DNA from: a bacterium
Lineage (GTDB): Bacteria; Zhuqueibacterota; QNDG01; JAFGCO01
Assembly (NCBI GenBank): GCA_016930535.1
Contig: JAFGGN010000085.1
Location: 39,281-103,280, forward strand
Direction of reading: 5' to 3'
DNA: 64,000 nucleotides
The position numbers were made by a program, and so were the translations under genes. This document shows, in pieces, positions 29,462 through 39,272 of this stretch (positions within the stretch are counted from its first letter, which is position 1; each line of letters begins with the position of its first letter). The notes beneath the pieces are model-generated. The model did no database searches. It had not been told where the DNA came from and saw nothing but the letters and a program-made list of their open reading frames with translations.

Positions 29462-30577
29462 TTATATGGTGATCTTCAGACTTGCGAGAATATCGAACCC
29501 GCTGATATCGATATCCACGACCGATTCGATGGTACCGGTCAGATACTTGAGCTGAATCCGGGAAAGCACCGTCGGGGACAATTTGTGCTGAATTCCCAGG
29601 CCCGCACCATATACGGACGCTTTGCCGAATCCGTCTTCGTTTTCGCTGTAAAAACGGCCGTCCCATAAGAGTGACAATCCGCCTTCCGGCCATTGCGTGA
29701 ATTCCCAGAGTCCGTCCGTTTCGATCTGATCCCCGATGGTCTTTTTGGATATTTTTTCCGAATCGTCCTGGGCATTTCCAGGCAGATACAGATCGTTTTT
29801 CCCTCTCTGCCTGTACCGCAATGAGGCGTACAGAAAACCGGGATTCAATCGATACGCCAGTGTGGATGATATCAGGATCTTGTCGCCGGCCTCGAGCATT
29901 TTTTCATCATTATACAGATCTTCGGTATACATGGTGTACACGAGATCCAGGCTCCATTTTCCCTTATCCTGAACGGGCATGCTCACACCGCCGACAATGT
30001 TGATTTCATCTCCGGGATCATATTCCGAATCCAGTCCGGACCATAACGAATAGGGCTGCTTCAGTATATAATTGGCTCCCAGTCCGAGCACGGTGCCTCC
30101 CTGCATCGGGAATGTCATGCCGGCGCCGACTTTGGCCGACAATCCCTGACCGTAATTGGGAAGCCGGAAACGCAGAATATTTTCACTCAGCTGCCTCGTG
30201 ATCATATATTCCGCGGCCGTCAGTTCCGTTTTTCCGGTGGGAGCGCCCACACCCATATTGATCATCCAGCGTTCATCGGCCGAGACATACGTCACACGCA
30301 GCCAGGTGTCCGAAAGACCGCTGACACTGCTGTCGCCCCAGGAAGCCGTGGCCGGTGTATTGGTCGCTGTCAGAAACCAGTTTGCATTGACAGGATAGAA
30401 GCAGAGCAAGGGAGCGGCTGTCTGGTTCAGGGACGTATCCTGGTCCTCGGCTGTCCATTGCTGGTAGGATACACCGAGATTGACATATCCGCTGCCCTTG
30501 GAGGGCTGCATGTATTCCTGAGCGAAAGCAGAGCCCGCAACCGTGGAAAGCACGATATAAAGAATCCATTTTTTCAT
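29462..30577 (-). CDS. outer-membrane beta-barrel protein, paralog B (partner of giant protein B)
   Basis: The signal peptide is MKKWILYIVLSTVAGSAFAQE. It is homologous to 19232..20452 (NYGQG, DPGDE, YRQRGKN, DGRFYSENEDG, KYLTG). There is a 26-nt gap after giant gene B and a 16-nt gap before lipoprotein A. Confidence 0.6.
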   Translation of the reverse strand: MKKWILYIVLSTVAGSAFAQEYMQPSKGSGYVNLGVSYQQWTAEDQDTSLNQTAAPLLCFYPVNANWFLTATNTPATASWGDSSVSGLSDTWLRVTYVSADERWMINMGVGAPTGKTELTAAEYMITRQLSENILRFRLPNYGQGLSAKVGAGMTFPMQGGTVLGLGANYILKQPYSLWSGLDSEYDPGDEINIVGGVSMPVQDKGKWSLDLVYTMYTEDLYNDEKMLEAGDKILISSTLAYRLNPGFLYASLRYRQRGKNDLYLPGNAQDDSEKISKKTIGDQIETDGLWEFTQWPEGGLSLLWDGRFYSENEDGFGKASVYGAGLGIQHKLSPTVLSRIQLKYLTGTIESVVDIDISGFDILASLKITI

Positions 30578-30603
30578 ATTTTATCCTTCTTCCTGAATCC
30601 GGA

Positions 30604-33600
30604 TTATCTGACGAGCATCATTTTTCGTATGGCCACCCTGCCCGGGAACTCGAGTTTGTAAAAATAAATACCGGAAGACAGGGCCGTCCCGCGGTTCGAG
30701 AGGCCGGACCATCTGATTTCATACTCACCGGACTGCTGTTCCTGATTGATCAGGACGTTCACGCATTCACCCCGCATATTGTACACGCTCAGCTTGACAT
30801 GACCCGTACGGGGCAGCGAGTATTTAATCATTGTTACCGGATTGAATGGATTCGGATAATTCTGATACAGATGGAATTCGCGTGGTGCAACCGCATTCTC
30901 CAGCTGCTTCTGAACGAATTCCGGCGGACCGGCAATGCATTTCAGGAAACGGACATTGGGAACCTCATCCGGGGTTACCATGGCATAATCGTCCATGTCC
31001 GTGACATCGAGGGCAATGCCTTCCCGTTCGTCGACCAGCATGATCTTCCAGGATTCAGGCAGCGTCTGAACCATCTGCCAGGTCAGTTTGATCAGCTTCT
31101 TATTCAGAGAAGATTCCACGGCGATATCCCAGACAAAGCCCTCTTCCTGCGGCGAGCGGATGTCCGCCGCGTAGGTCCCGGGATGTCCGGCCCAGTCTGA
31201 ATGATCGAAGAACACGGAAATATACTCACCGATGGGCGGCGGCTCGACACGGTCCCTCAGATCCCATTCGGCTCTTGCATCCTGCCGTACACCGATATAA
31301 TTGTCGAGATCCTCCGCCGATTCGGCCCGTGCAGACAATTTCCATATCCAGTCGGATTCTGCCAGCGATTCCAGCACGCCTCCGCGTGTGGCCGCACCTT
31401 TTGCGAGCGCTGCGGATTCACGCGGCGGGACAATCAAATCGTTATAGGTTCTCCCGGCATTGTATATCCAGTAGCCGCCCCACGGATCGAGCGTGGGCCA
31501 GTCAAGCCGGTATCCCATGCCGTTATAGTAGTACAGCGTTTCCAATGAATCTGAAGTCAGGGCGCAGTCGTTCCAGTGCACCGTGAACGGGAAAGGCGAA
31601 CCGATCATGCTCCACTGCGGCCTGAGTGAAAAGCGGTAGGGACCGTTTGTGGAAACCGAAGCGCCTGCATTCACGTCCCACAGTTTCCGTGCCGCCGAAA
31701 TGACCCAGAATGCGCGTCCCTGATCGAATGCAAACACGAGGCTGTCCGCATAGGACAGGCTGTCGTCCATTTCCCAGTATGACGTATCCTTCCAGGTCAG
31801 GCAGCGCCATTCATAGGGATCCCAGACATTGTTGAATTCATCCAGCAGCACGGTTCCCGCATTGGCATCGTCCAGATCGGCCGGAACCGAAACCATGACA
31901 TACTTCTTTTTCAGGAACATGGCCGAGGTATCCGCAGTCAGTGAATTGAAACGCACACGCGCGGCCATCGGCCGGTTGATCGGATCGTACAGGGGATGCG
32001 TCGATGTGCGGCCGGATGTGACCATTTCCACATAAAATTCGAGACCCCGTTCCGTCATCTGGTCTGCGGGAACGATCGCCTGATACAGGGTCGGAACAAG
32101 CTGATCAGGCGTCGCTGTTAGTGTCTGATATCCTCTCTGTCCCCCCTGCCTGTAATGGAGATACACTTCTTTATCCGTCGTTGTGACTGGAACCGTGATC
32201 TGAACCGCCTGCTGCACGCCCTTCTGCGGCACGGTTGTATAGGATGCGGAAATACCGGTTCCCTTGAAGATCAGGTCCCAGGGCTGACGGGCGATGCTTG
32301 AAATTCTGATTTCATCCATGGTCCCGTCAAAAAAACCGGTGAGCTGGCCTGTTGCGGTTTCACGGGCCGCAAATACAAGCCTTCCCGGAGAGACGATGTC
32401 CGTATCCCCCGCATGCCACAAGCCCTGCAGTTCCACATTGCCGTCCAGATACAGGGTGGCCTGCTGGACCGTTCCGTCATACACGAATGCCGCGTGATGC
32501 CATACCCCGTCCGCCACGCAGGTGTTCCCCTTGCCGAATCCGTGCAGGGTCAGGAGCCCGTCCGTATCGATGATCAGGCCGTAATTGCTGCGGTTTTCCG
32601 AGCCGGATATATGGGGATCCTTGTGGAACAGCACCTGGTTGAGCGTGTCGGTTTTAAAGAAGCATTCGACCGTGAAACTTTCGGTGGACAAATCGAACTG
32701 AAGACCCGCATCATCCGCCACCCACATGTACTCGTCCACGCCGTTGAAGGACAAACCGCCGGAGAAATAAGCGGGATTTACGCGCGATCCCGTGCCGGCC
32801 ATGGTCCCGTTATGATTTCCGGTCGCATCCGCGACACTCAATCCGGTTTCATCGCAATGCCAGAGCGCCACCGTATACTGATCGAGCCCGTAGGGCACTT
32901 TGGGCCGGTAATCGATTCCCACGGCCAGTATCGGAACGCTGAGCATCGGCGTGTCCGGATCGTTGCTGAAAATCCTCAATGTATCCGTCACGGTTCTGAT
33001 TGTGTCCGGAACGAACTGGACGAACAGGTTGGTCGTTTCTCCTGCGGTCAGCGTGATTTTTGCCGGTGCCATCAGGAAAACGGACTGATTCGTGCGGATC
33101 GTATCGATCACGAGAGGAACGCCGCCTATATTCGACACTTCGATAATGCGGTTCGCGGAACTGCCGACCATGACGGTACCGAATTCGAGACGCTGTGCGG
33201 CCGTATAAATATTGGGAATGCCGACATTGAACTCCTCGGGCTGACGGTCGATATTCGAAAAACGGATTTCATCCAGATACCCGTTGAACCCGTGACCGGT
33301 ACCGTAATCACCGCCCAGAGCCAGATCCGCAACCGAACTGCGCAGCGTTCCGTTAAAAGCAACGGAATCCACGGCCACGCCGTTGACGTACAGCCTGAAT
33401 TTGTTCAGATCCCATGTGAGTGCCATCTGATACCAGGAATCGATGTTCATTTCAGTATCCGGAGGTCCGTACAATGTGTAGATCTGCCCGCCCGAACTGT
33501 ACAGGCGGATCACGAGGCCCTTGCCCGCGGTCAGCGTATCGCCGTACATGACTTCGTACTGCAGACTGGTGCCGCTGCCGCGCCGGAATAATGTGTAGAA

Positions 33601-36600
33601 ATTTTTGCCGGAGGGTTTGGCAGAAAGGCTGAACCAGGTTTCGAGGCTGAACGGAGACGATGCATAATTGAAAACCGGATTGTACGGAACCCGTACCCAG
33701 CCGGAACTGCCGAGAAACCTGAGCGATGACAATCCGAACTTTTTATAAATGTCGGACCAGGACAGGCCGCCGCCTTCAAAATATCCGACAAGGCCTTTGC
33801 CCGAAGCGTCGGGTATCGAATCCATTTCCACGGTTCCGTCCAGATGCCAGAGACCGGATGTATATGTGTCCGTCACGTAGGCGCCCAGATTGATGGTCTC
33901 GAATCCGTTCCCCGAAAGCGGCACGCGGATCAGGGACTGAAACTGATCCTGTGAACGGATAAACAGCGTATCCGTGTATGCCTGGGCATTCGTGGGCCTG
34001 AATCCGACCCAGATCAGTCGCTGGCCGGAGGAATTGATGCTGAATTCGGGTTCCGACACGGTGAAATGCGGATTCTTCGTGTACAGGCTGTCCACATAAA
34101 GGACGCCCGATCCCACATTGCGCACATACATATAGATATACTTTGAACGGTTGACATAGACATTGCCGAATGCGAGGGACCCGTAAGGTACCTGGATGCG
34201 TCCCGTATTGATGTTGAATTCCCACGGCTGACGCGCGATGCCCGAAAGCCGCATTTCGTCGAGTGTTCCGTGAAACGGCTTTGTCAGACCCGGATCGTTC
34301 CCAACCGTCGCTGTCAGCAGGCCAGTGGGCTCCGGCACGTCCGTCTCTTTCTCATCCGCCAAAAAGCCGTTCAGATAGAGCTTCAGATCCTCACCGTACG
34401 TCAGCGCACCGTGGTACCATTGCCCCGTTGTCAACGGGAATTCGGCATCCGACAGCAGGGTGTCGATCGTGACCGCATTTTCGGAGGACAGGCCCATCAG
34501 CCGGTTGTTACGCACGCTGAGCTCGAACACGATCCTGTCTCCTTCAGACAGCCGGAACAGCACGCCGGTGCCTTCCGGAATCTGATCGAGTTTGAACCAG
34601 GTCTCGATACTGAATCCGGGCCACTCTTCCACAGGCAGAAGATCCATGTTGTTCAGCTGCACGTTCACGATATCGTTTTCATTGAATACCAGTCCCTGCC
34701 CGAACCGTCCCATGCCTGTTCCTGAAACAGCCGCTCCGGTGACGGTGCCGTCCATATAACCATACAGGGATTCATCGGGAAGCGTTTCACCTTCGAGGGC
34801 ATTCATATGATACAGCATGAATGTGTAGTAATCAGGCTGGTATGCCGCCACATCGATGGTGTTCACACCCGTGCCGATCACTTTCAGCAGATGCGGACTG
34901 TTCGTCGCATCCGAATAGAATCTCAGTGTGTCCCTCACGGTTCCGGTTGTGGACGGTGCAAAACGAACCTCCATCCAATCCTCGCCCGGACTGATCCACC
35001 TCGGCAGGTTCGCTCCGTAGAACCGTCCCGATGTGGAGGTGGATTCGTTGACATAAACCGATGCAGTGCCCGCATTTACCACGCGTACCCACAGGGATCT
35101 CGACTGCCCGAGCACGACACTGCCGAAATGGACAGAATCCGCATCAATCACCAGCTGGCCCGTAAAATCACCGGAGAAATAATAAACGCCCCCGATGCCG
35201 TCGGCCAGTGCCAGGGTGTCCCCCATCACCTTGATGCCGTAACTCGACCCCGCCGTATGATAGTAACCGACTTCAGAGAATTCCTCCTCGTTGGATGTAT
35301 CGATCAGGCGCATGGTCCCCTGTCCGTCCGCAACAACGGCCACATTGTCATGAAAACTGACGTCATAGGCATACCCATCCGTATTGTACTGTCCTGCCGG
35401 AACGATATTTTCCAGATTTGAGACATTCAATCCGACCAGGCCATTCGGTCCGTCCGCCAGATAGATCCTCTCCGATCCCTCGCCCTGCAGTCCCACGGCC
35501 ATGGTATGACTGCTGCTCTTGTAGGATCCGACAATGGTCTGTGTCGGAATATTCACGACTTTCACGCCATTGGTATCGGCCGATACGTAGAGCCGGTTCG
35601 AACGGGCATCGGCTTCCACACCCACGGCCCGTATGCCGGTGACACCTTCGAGCATGCCCTGATTCAGGGGTTCGAAGGGATTGGTCACATCGATTTTTCG
35701 TACACCGGCGGTTCCCTCTGCCGCATAGGCATAGTCCCCGGCGACCGTGACATCCAAAAATTCACTTGCAGTTTGAAAATGCGTGATATAGGCCGGCTGC
35801 AGAGGATTGCTGACATTATAGAAAAGCAGGCCTCCTGGACCGTCCGCGATGATCAGCACGCTGCCGGCAAGGGCAAGCCCCTGGGCATTCTCCGTGTCCC
35901 AATGGGACCGGAGCGTCACCTGACTATCGTGCAGCTGCGAATTGTCCAGAATCCAGACACCGCTCTGTCCTCCTGCCACATACGTCGTATTGGCGGTCAG
36001 GACCAGGTCCATGGCACTCCCGCCGGTCATAATCTGCTCGTTCTCCTGCGGAGGAGCCACGGCCACGTCGATTTCCCTCAGTCCGTCGTTTCCGTCCGCC
36101 AGATAGGCATAGTCCGGTCCCAGGTAGACGGCGAGCGCTTCTCCGCCTGTATTGAGGGACGTGGCCTGATTCATCGTGGTCAGATCGATGACGCGAAGGC
36201 CGTAACCTTCATCGGATACGTAGGCTTTCTCGGCTCCGACATCCACAGCAATATCGCTCAGCAACGCATTGTCGCCGGCTTCCCACTGATCCGCAATCGC
36301 CATGTTCGACGGATTGGTCACATTGACGGCAAGAACACCGTGTGTTCTGTCCGCGACAAAAGCCTGCGTTCCCCGTACGGACACGCCAAAGGCCTTGTCA
36401 GGGGTTTTGACCGTATCCAGTCTGACAGGAGCCGCCGGATTGGTGATGTTCACGGAAACCAGACCGACTGCATCCACGGCCAGATAAGCTGTATTTCCGC
36501 TGACATAAACATCCTGGACCGGCGACGTGAACTGAAGGACGGCGACCTGGTCAAAATCGGATGTCCGGATCACGGAGAATCCCCAGCTGCCGTTGGCCAC

Positions 36601-36981
36601 GTAGATATAACCGTCCTGATAGGCCAGCCTGCGGACATCTCCGCCCGATGCCCATGTGCCTGCGAGCGTCGGATTGGTGATCAAGCTTCTGTCCAGCACA
36701 TAAACACCGGAATTCTGAACAGCTACGTAAACCTTGAATGACTGATAATAAATATCCTGGATCAGACCCGGAAACGTATACCTGGCGAAACGGTTGTCAT
36801 AATTTTCCGCATCCAGAATATCCAGATAGCTTCCGTTTCCCATGTGAAGCGCGTCGGCCGTGGTGAATATGGCCCGGCAGGGTCCGCTGGCCCAACGCGC
36901 CTGAAGCGACAGATTGTCGCTGTGCTGTGCAGAAACAGCGACGGTCACGGTCATCCATACGGTAAGAATAAGCCTTTTCAT
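30604..36981 (-). CDS. giant secreted protein B (2125 aa): LVIVD-repeat beta-propeller, about 3 choice-of-anchor-D/LamG modules, C-terminal T9SS sorting domain; paralog of giant A
   Basis: It has a signal peptide. LVIVD repeats include YAYLADGNDGLREIDV, LIIADGPGGLLFYNVSNPLQP and YAYAAEGTAGVRKIDVTNPFEP. A choice-of-anchor-D-like segment is VHFGSVVLGQSRSLWVRVVNAGTASV. LamG modules include YTFMLYHMN...WYHGALTY...LYLNG and YTVALWHCDETG...WHHAAFVYDG. The C-terminus QNYPNPFNPVTMIKYSLP...GIYFYKL is a T9SS sorting domain. The N-terminal 100 aa and the C-terminal 500 aa align with giant A. Confidence 0.8.
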   Translation of the reverse strand: MKRLILTVWMTVTVAVSAQHSDNLSLQARWASGPCRAIFTTADALHMGNGSYLDILDAENYDNRFARYTFPGLIQDIYYQSFKVYVAVQNSGVYVLDRSLITNPTLAGTWASGGDVRRLAYQDGYIYVANGSWGFSVIRTSDFDQVAVLQFTSPVQDVYVSGNTAYLAVDAVGLVSVNITNPAAPVRLDTVKTPDKAFGVSVRGTQAFVADRTHGVLAVNVTNPSNMAIADQWEAGDNALLSDIAVDVGAEKAYVSDEGYGLRVIDLTTMNQATSLNTGGEALAVYLGPDYAYLADGNDGLREIDVAVAPPQENEQIMTGGSAMDLVLTANTTYVAGGQSGVWILDNSQLHDSQVTLRSHWDTENAQGLALAGSVLIIADGPGGLLFYNVSNPLQPAYITHFQTASEFLDVTVAGDYAYAAEGTAGVRKIDVTNPFEPLNQGMLEGVTGIRAVGVEADARSNRLYVSADTNGVKVVNIPTQTIVGSYKSSSHTMAVGLQGEGSERIYLADGPNGLVGLNVSNLENIVPAGQYNTDGYAYDVSFHDNVAVVADGQGTMRLIDTSNEEEFSEVGYYHTAGSSYGIKVMGDTLALADGIGGVYYFSGDFTGQLVIDADSVHFGSVVLGQSRSLWVRVVNAGTASVYVNESTSTSGRFYGANLPRWISPGEDWMEVRFAPSTTGTVRDTLRFYSDATNSPHLLKVIGTGVNTIDVAAYQPDYYTFMLYHMNALEGETLPDESLYGYMDGTVTGAAVSGTGMGRFGQGLVFNENDIVNVQLNNMDLLPVEEWPGFSIETWFKLDQIPEGTGVLFRLSEGDRIVFELSVRNNRLMGLSSENAVTIDTLLSDAEFPLTTGQWYHGALTYGEDLKLYLNGFLADEKETDVPEPTGLLTATVGNDPGLTKPFHGTLDEMRLSGIARQPWEFNINTGRIQVPYGSLAFGNVYVNRSKYIYMYVRNVGSGVLYVDSLYTKNPHFTVSEPEFSINSSGQRLIWVGFRPTNAQAYTDTLFIRSQDQFQSLIRVPLSGNGFETINLGAYVTDTYTSGLWHLDGTVEMDSIPDASGKGLVGYFEGGGLSWSDIYKKFGLSSLRFLGSSGWVRVPYNPVFNYASSPFSLETWFSLSAKPSGKNFYTLFRRGSGTSLQYEVMYGDTLTAGKGLVIRLYSSGGQIYTLYGPPDTEMNIDSWYQMALTWDLNKFRLYVNGVAVDSVAFNGTLRSSVADLALGGDYGTGHGFNGYLDEIRFSNIDRQPEEFNVGIPNIYTAAQRLEFGTVMVGSSANRIIEVSNIGGVPLVIDTIRTNQSVFLMAPAKITLTAGETTNLFVQFVPDTIRTVTDTLRIFSNDPDTPMLSVPILAVGIDYRPKVPYGLDQYTVALWHCDETGLSVADATGNHNGTMAGTGSRVNPAYFSGGLSFNGVDEYMWVADDAGLQFDLSTESFTVECFFKTDTLNQVLFHKDPHISGSENRSNYGLIIDTDGLLTLHGFGKGNTCVADGVWHHAAFVYDGTVQQATLYLDGNVELQGLWHAGDTDIVSPGRLVFAARETATGQLTGFFDGTMDEIRISSIARQPWDLIFKGTGISASYTTVPQKGVQQAVQITVPVTTTDKEVYLHYRQGGQRGYQTLTATPDQLVPTLYQAIVPADQMTERGLEFYVEMVTSGRTSTHPLYDPINRPMAARVRFNSLTADTSAMFLKKKYVMVSVPADLDDANAGTVLLDEFNNVWDPYEWRCLTWKDTSYWEMDDSLSYADSLVFAFDQGRAFWVISAARKLWDVNAGASVSTNGPYRFSLRPQWSMIGSPFPFTVHWNDCALTSDSLETLYYYNGMGYRLDWPTLDPWGGYWIYNAGRTYNDLIVPPRESAALAKGAATRGGVLESLAESDWIWKLSARAESAEDLDNYIGVRQDARAEWDLRDRVEPPPIGEYISVFFDHSDWAGHPGTYAADIRSPQEEGFVWDIAVESSLNKKLIKLTWQMVQTLPESWKIMLVDEREGIALDVTDMDDYAMVTPDEVPNVRFLKCIAGPPEFVQKQLENAVAPREFHLYQNYPNPFNPVTMIKYSLPRTGHVKLSVYNMRGECVNVLINQEQQSGEYEIRWSGLSNRGTALSSGIYFYKLEFPGRVAIRKMMLVR

Positions 36982-37014
36982 AGAATGCTCCCTCGAGGAT
37001 TGATCTTTGATTCA

Positions 37015-38442
37015 TTATGGACGATGCGGCGGTGGCGGCGGATCCGGTAAATACCAGGGATCCAGCGGATACGGCGCCGGCGGATCCGGAGGATCCGGCA
37101 GACCATCCGGTAACAAATCGGTAAAGTCATCAAAATCGATACCTTCAAACGGATCTCTTGAATCGCTGCCAGGTATGAAACCCGCATCCAGATACCAGCC
37201 CATTTGCTGCAGCCGGTCTATGGACTGGGCACTGGCCAGGGCATCATAATCGGATTCCGCACCGAAACCGCCCGATTTATATCTCAGCCGTTTCGCCATG
37301 GTTTTACACAACAGGGCGAGATCCGGCGTTTGAACGGCAAGAAAGATATCCGTCGCTGCAAGTATCTGTTCCGCCATGGCGAACGCCGGGTCCTCTTCAA
37401 GCGCTTTGGCCAGATAGAGCTGTGCGGTCTCGTACTGCCCCAGGTCGAGCGCGTGCAGTGCATAGGCGTAATTGAAAAAAGCCCGGACACTGCGTGTGGC
37501 AGGCTCTCTCAAACGGGTTCTCTGCAAATCGGTCAGCCGAATGCCGAGATCCTTCAATAAATTGACCACCATTTTTTTCTCCAGCAGCACAATATCGCTC
37601 AACTGGCCCTGGACATCGGATTCCCTGACACCGCGAATGCCTGAAAACAGGATGGTTCTCTGGTGAAAATTGAGCTGACCGCTTCCGGCCAGCCGCATGT
37701 CCCCCTGCAGCACGGATCCCGCTCCCATCATTCTCTGAATTTTTTCGACATTTTCAATCTGACTGGATTCATTGCTTTGCCAGCCCATATATTTCTGGAG
37801 CTGCATCAGTTTATCCCTGGGAATTACCTGAAATCCACCCATCCGGTCCAGATCGCTGATAATCAGGCTTGCAACGCCTTTTGCGATGATGGTTCCTCTC
37901 AGATCGGATCCTCCGTATCTGAAATCGAGCACGACAATGCGGTCCAGCGGATATTCGGATGCAGGTCCGGGCCCCTTGGCCGCCAGCAGACGTGCCTCCT
38001 TGGAATACATCTGCTCCCGTACCGCATACAGTCTGCCTTTCATGGCATCACGGGACGGATCATCGGCCGGAAGACGGTCATAACCGGCATAGATCTGCTG
38101 GGCTTTTTTGAGGTCTCCCTTTTTTTCATAGCACACACCGAGAAAAAAATGAGCGGGGCCATAGTCGGGTGTTTTCCTGAGAATAAAATTGAACACCTTG
38201 ATGGCACCATCGACCATGTTCAGCTGCATCGCAGAAATGCCGATACGCGTCATAGCGACCGGCTGATACCGGATATACCGTTTTCCGTCCGCGGTCTGTA
38301 CCTGCAGAGACCGGATATAGGCCTGCATGGCTCTTTCGTAATCATTCTGGGCAAAAAAGGCATCACCGTTCTGCGTGGACATACTCGTGCATCCGAGCAT
38401 GAAGGCAAACAGGCCTATTCCTGCCCATCGCCACTTTGTCAT
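37015..38442 (-). CDS. lipoprotein with N-terminal TPR region, central CsgG/LpoB/FlgO-like domain and Pro-rich C-terminal tail, paralog B
   Basis: The lipobox is FMLGC. The central domain matches the AVLxF...ERxxL pattern of the CsgG/LpoB/FlgO lipoprotein fold (IVVLDFRYGGSDLRGTIIAKGVASLIISDLDRMGGFQVIPRDKLMQLQ). The C-terminal tail is DPPDPPAPYPLDPWYLPDPPPPPHRP. There is a 33-nt gap before giant gene B. Confidence 0.6.
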   Translation of the reverse strand: MTKWRWAGIGLFAFMLGCTSMSTQNGDAFFAQNDYERAMQAYIRSLQVQTADGKRYIRYQPVAMTRIGISAMQLNMVDGAIKVFNFILRKTPDYGPAHFFLGVCYEKKGDLKKAQQIYAGYDRLPADDPSRDAMKGRLYAVREQMYSKEARLLAAKGPGPASEYPLDRIVVLDFRYGGSDLRGTIIAKGVASLIISDLDRMGGFQVIPRDKLMQLQKYMGWQSNESSQIENVEKIQRMMGAGSVLQGDMRLAGSGQLNFHQRTILFSGIRGVRESDVQGQLSDIVLLEKKMVVNLLKDLGIRLTDLQRTRLREPATRSVRAFFNYAYALHALDLGQYETAQLYLAKALEEDPAFAMAEQILAATDIFLAVQTPDLALLCKTMAKRLRYKSGGFGAESDYDALASAQSIDRLQQMGWYLDAGFIPGSDSRDPFEGIDFDDFTDLLPDGLPDPPDPPAPYPLDPWYLPDPPPPPHRP

Positions 38443-38576
38443 AGACCCTCCTTAGCTCCAATGACTCCCCCCAAGGCGTAGGTGAAGATCATGGGTTATT
38501 AAGGGGAAGTAAATTTGAAGGTTACTTTGTCATTTATATAAACCTGCTTGTTCGGTATTCCTGAAAACCGGATATC

Positions 38577-39272
38577 TCATTGTTCTTTTTTCATCCTGAC
38601 CAGCCGGGCGATGGCTTGTTTCGCCTGCTCGAACTCAGGTTCGATTTCCAGCGCTTTTTTGTATTCTGCGTATGCGCCGTTGATATCGTTCTGATCCTCC
38701 AGGACGAGCCCCCTGGAAAAGCTCATAACGGCATTTATTTCCAGGGTCCCGGACCGTTCCAGCTGTCCGGCTTCTTCCTTCGTTAAAATCAGTGAAAGGT
38801 CGTTCACAATCTTACCGCTCAGTTTTTTTATCAGGGACAGTATGTCCCTGGTTTTTCCGGTGACTTCGGCGGCTTTCAGATTCTTGCCGGTTTCAACCTC
38901 GACTATTCTGAGATCGATTCGTATTTTATTATCGGAAACCACCATAAAACTGCCAAACACGAGATGCCCGGCACCGCTCATTCTGCCTACCTGCATGGCG
39001 CCGTCTCCGGACGTCATTCCGGACTGCTGCAGTTTCAATTCATCCAGCAGTTCTTTCAGACGTCTTCTTTCCACCATATGCACGGACTGAATCCGGGACA
39101 ATTCGGTGATCATCATCTCGGCCAGCCCCTGGGAAAGCGGGGCATATTTCTCGGCCTGCAGAAAAGTGCGGTTCTCAAAATCAAGAACGGCCAGTGTCAT
39201 CGGACCGGCCGTGGCATTTAAACCGCCAATCAGAACCGATGCACAGAGAATGGACCGGATCAAACGTCGCAT
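38577..39272 (-). CDS. secreted CsgG/LpoB/FlgO-like domain protein with C-terminal TPR pair
   Basis: The ORF track gives 38577..39302. The start was moved to MRRLIRSILCASVLIGG (signal peptide). The core LAVLDFENRTFLQAEKYAPLSQGLAEMMITELSRIQSVHMVERRRLKELLDELKLQQ is a strong match to the AVLPFxN...ERRxLxxL signature. The C-terminus NGAYAEYKKALEIEPEFEQAKQAIARL is a TPR. Confidence 0.6.
   Translation of the reverse strand: MRRLIRSILCASVLIGGLNATAGPMTLAVLDFENRTFLQAEKYAPLSQGLAEMMITELSRIQSVHMVERRRLKELLDELKLQQSGMTSGDGAMQVGRMSGAGHLVFGSFMVVSDNKIRIDLRIVEVETGKNLKAAEVTGKTRDILSLIKKLSGKIVNDLSLILTKEEAGQLERSGTLEINAVMSFSRGLVLEDQNDINGAYAEYKKALEIEPEFEQAKQAIARLVRMKKEQ

Noticed and set aside
28291-36741. Long plus-strand ORFs inside the giant genes and the lipoprotein gene (28291..29385, 32413..33591, 35506..36741, 26891..27520, 23054..23689)
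   Set aside because: They are antisense to minus-strand genes with strong domain content. Their translations are low-complexity R/H/G-rich, typical of GC-biased antisense frames.
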